Shown piece after piece: positions 56,934 through 57,109 of a DNA stretch of 57,109 nucleotides; within the stretch, counting starts at the first letter, position 1, and each line of letters opens with the position of its first letter. The notes beneath the pieces were generated by a model. It made no database searches. It had not been told where the DNA came from and saw nothing but the letters and a program-made list of their open reading frames with translations. Origin of the DNA: Acetatifactor sp. (GTDB taxonomy: Bacteria > Bacillota > Clostridia > Lachnospirales > Lachnospiraceae); assembly GCA_045593865.1 (NCBI GenBank), contig JAZNXM010000140.1, positions 1-57,109 of the forward strand. Direction: 5' to 3'. A program made the position numbers and the translations under genes.

Positions 56934-57109
56934 CTATTTAAGCGGATCGTAACCGCCTTTGTGGAAAGGATGGCATTTTAAAAGGCGCAAGAGTGCAAGG
57001 TATGTACCCTTTACCGAACCGTAGTTAGTAACTGCCTGCAGGGCATATTCCGAACAGGTGGGGTAAAAACGGCAACATGGTTTTTTAACCGGCGATATAT
57101 TTCTTTGGT
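56934..57109 (-). CDS. yidD: Membrane protein insertion efficiency factor YidD (5' end outside the window)
   Basis: Manual translation gives YQRNISP...[12 protein letters not shown]...YG..KG..L...R..KCHPF..GGYDP, directly upstream of yidC. Confidence 0.9.
   Translation of the reverse strand, partial: QRNISPVKKPCCRFYPTCSEYALQAVTNYGSVKGTYLALLRLLKCHPFHKGGYDPLK

Overview
This is a chromosomal window from a spore-forming, anaerobic Firmicute. Gene content and order look like Lachnospiraceae, and almost all genes lie on the + strand. The core content runs in this order: end of a fucose locus (fucI, then fucU broken by an in-frame TGA); AEC transporter/LysR pair; mgtC-like gene; an ABC-DUF1854-ABC exporter locus; an SOS-box-controlled radical SAM/DUF4130 pair next to a nuclease-helicase; vitamin B6 salvage (ECF S component + pdxK); T-box-valS; folC; spoIIAA-AB-sigF with a scattered spoVA set; a corrinoid-activator fusion; rsmF-like gene; trpS; ridA; an LTA synthase-family gene; argG/argCJBD; comEA; and an OmpR/HK pair. 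Several signals are not explained by these genes. (1) An unannotated 43-aa peptide with a perfect sigma-A promoter, RBS and terminator heads an unusual ABC exporter pair with N-terminal Zn-ribbon extensions plus DUF1854. (2) A family of sequence-divergent, hairpin-rich insertions occurs between genes, inside T-box stem II and in frame inside pdxK. (3) A 58-bp hairpin+RBS+ATG cassette is shared by two unrelated genes. (4) There is a csRNA-like small RNA. (5) A DnaA-box cluster lies away from dnaA. The last ~500 bp appear chimeric: a GerMN-like gene is fused head-on into a truncated yidC, most likely an assembly artefact. All family calls come from motif recognition by eye and all RNA structures from manual pairing; no searches were run.
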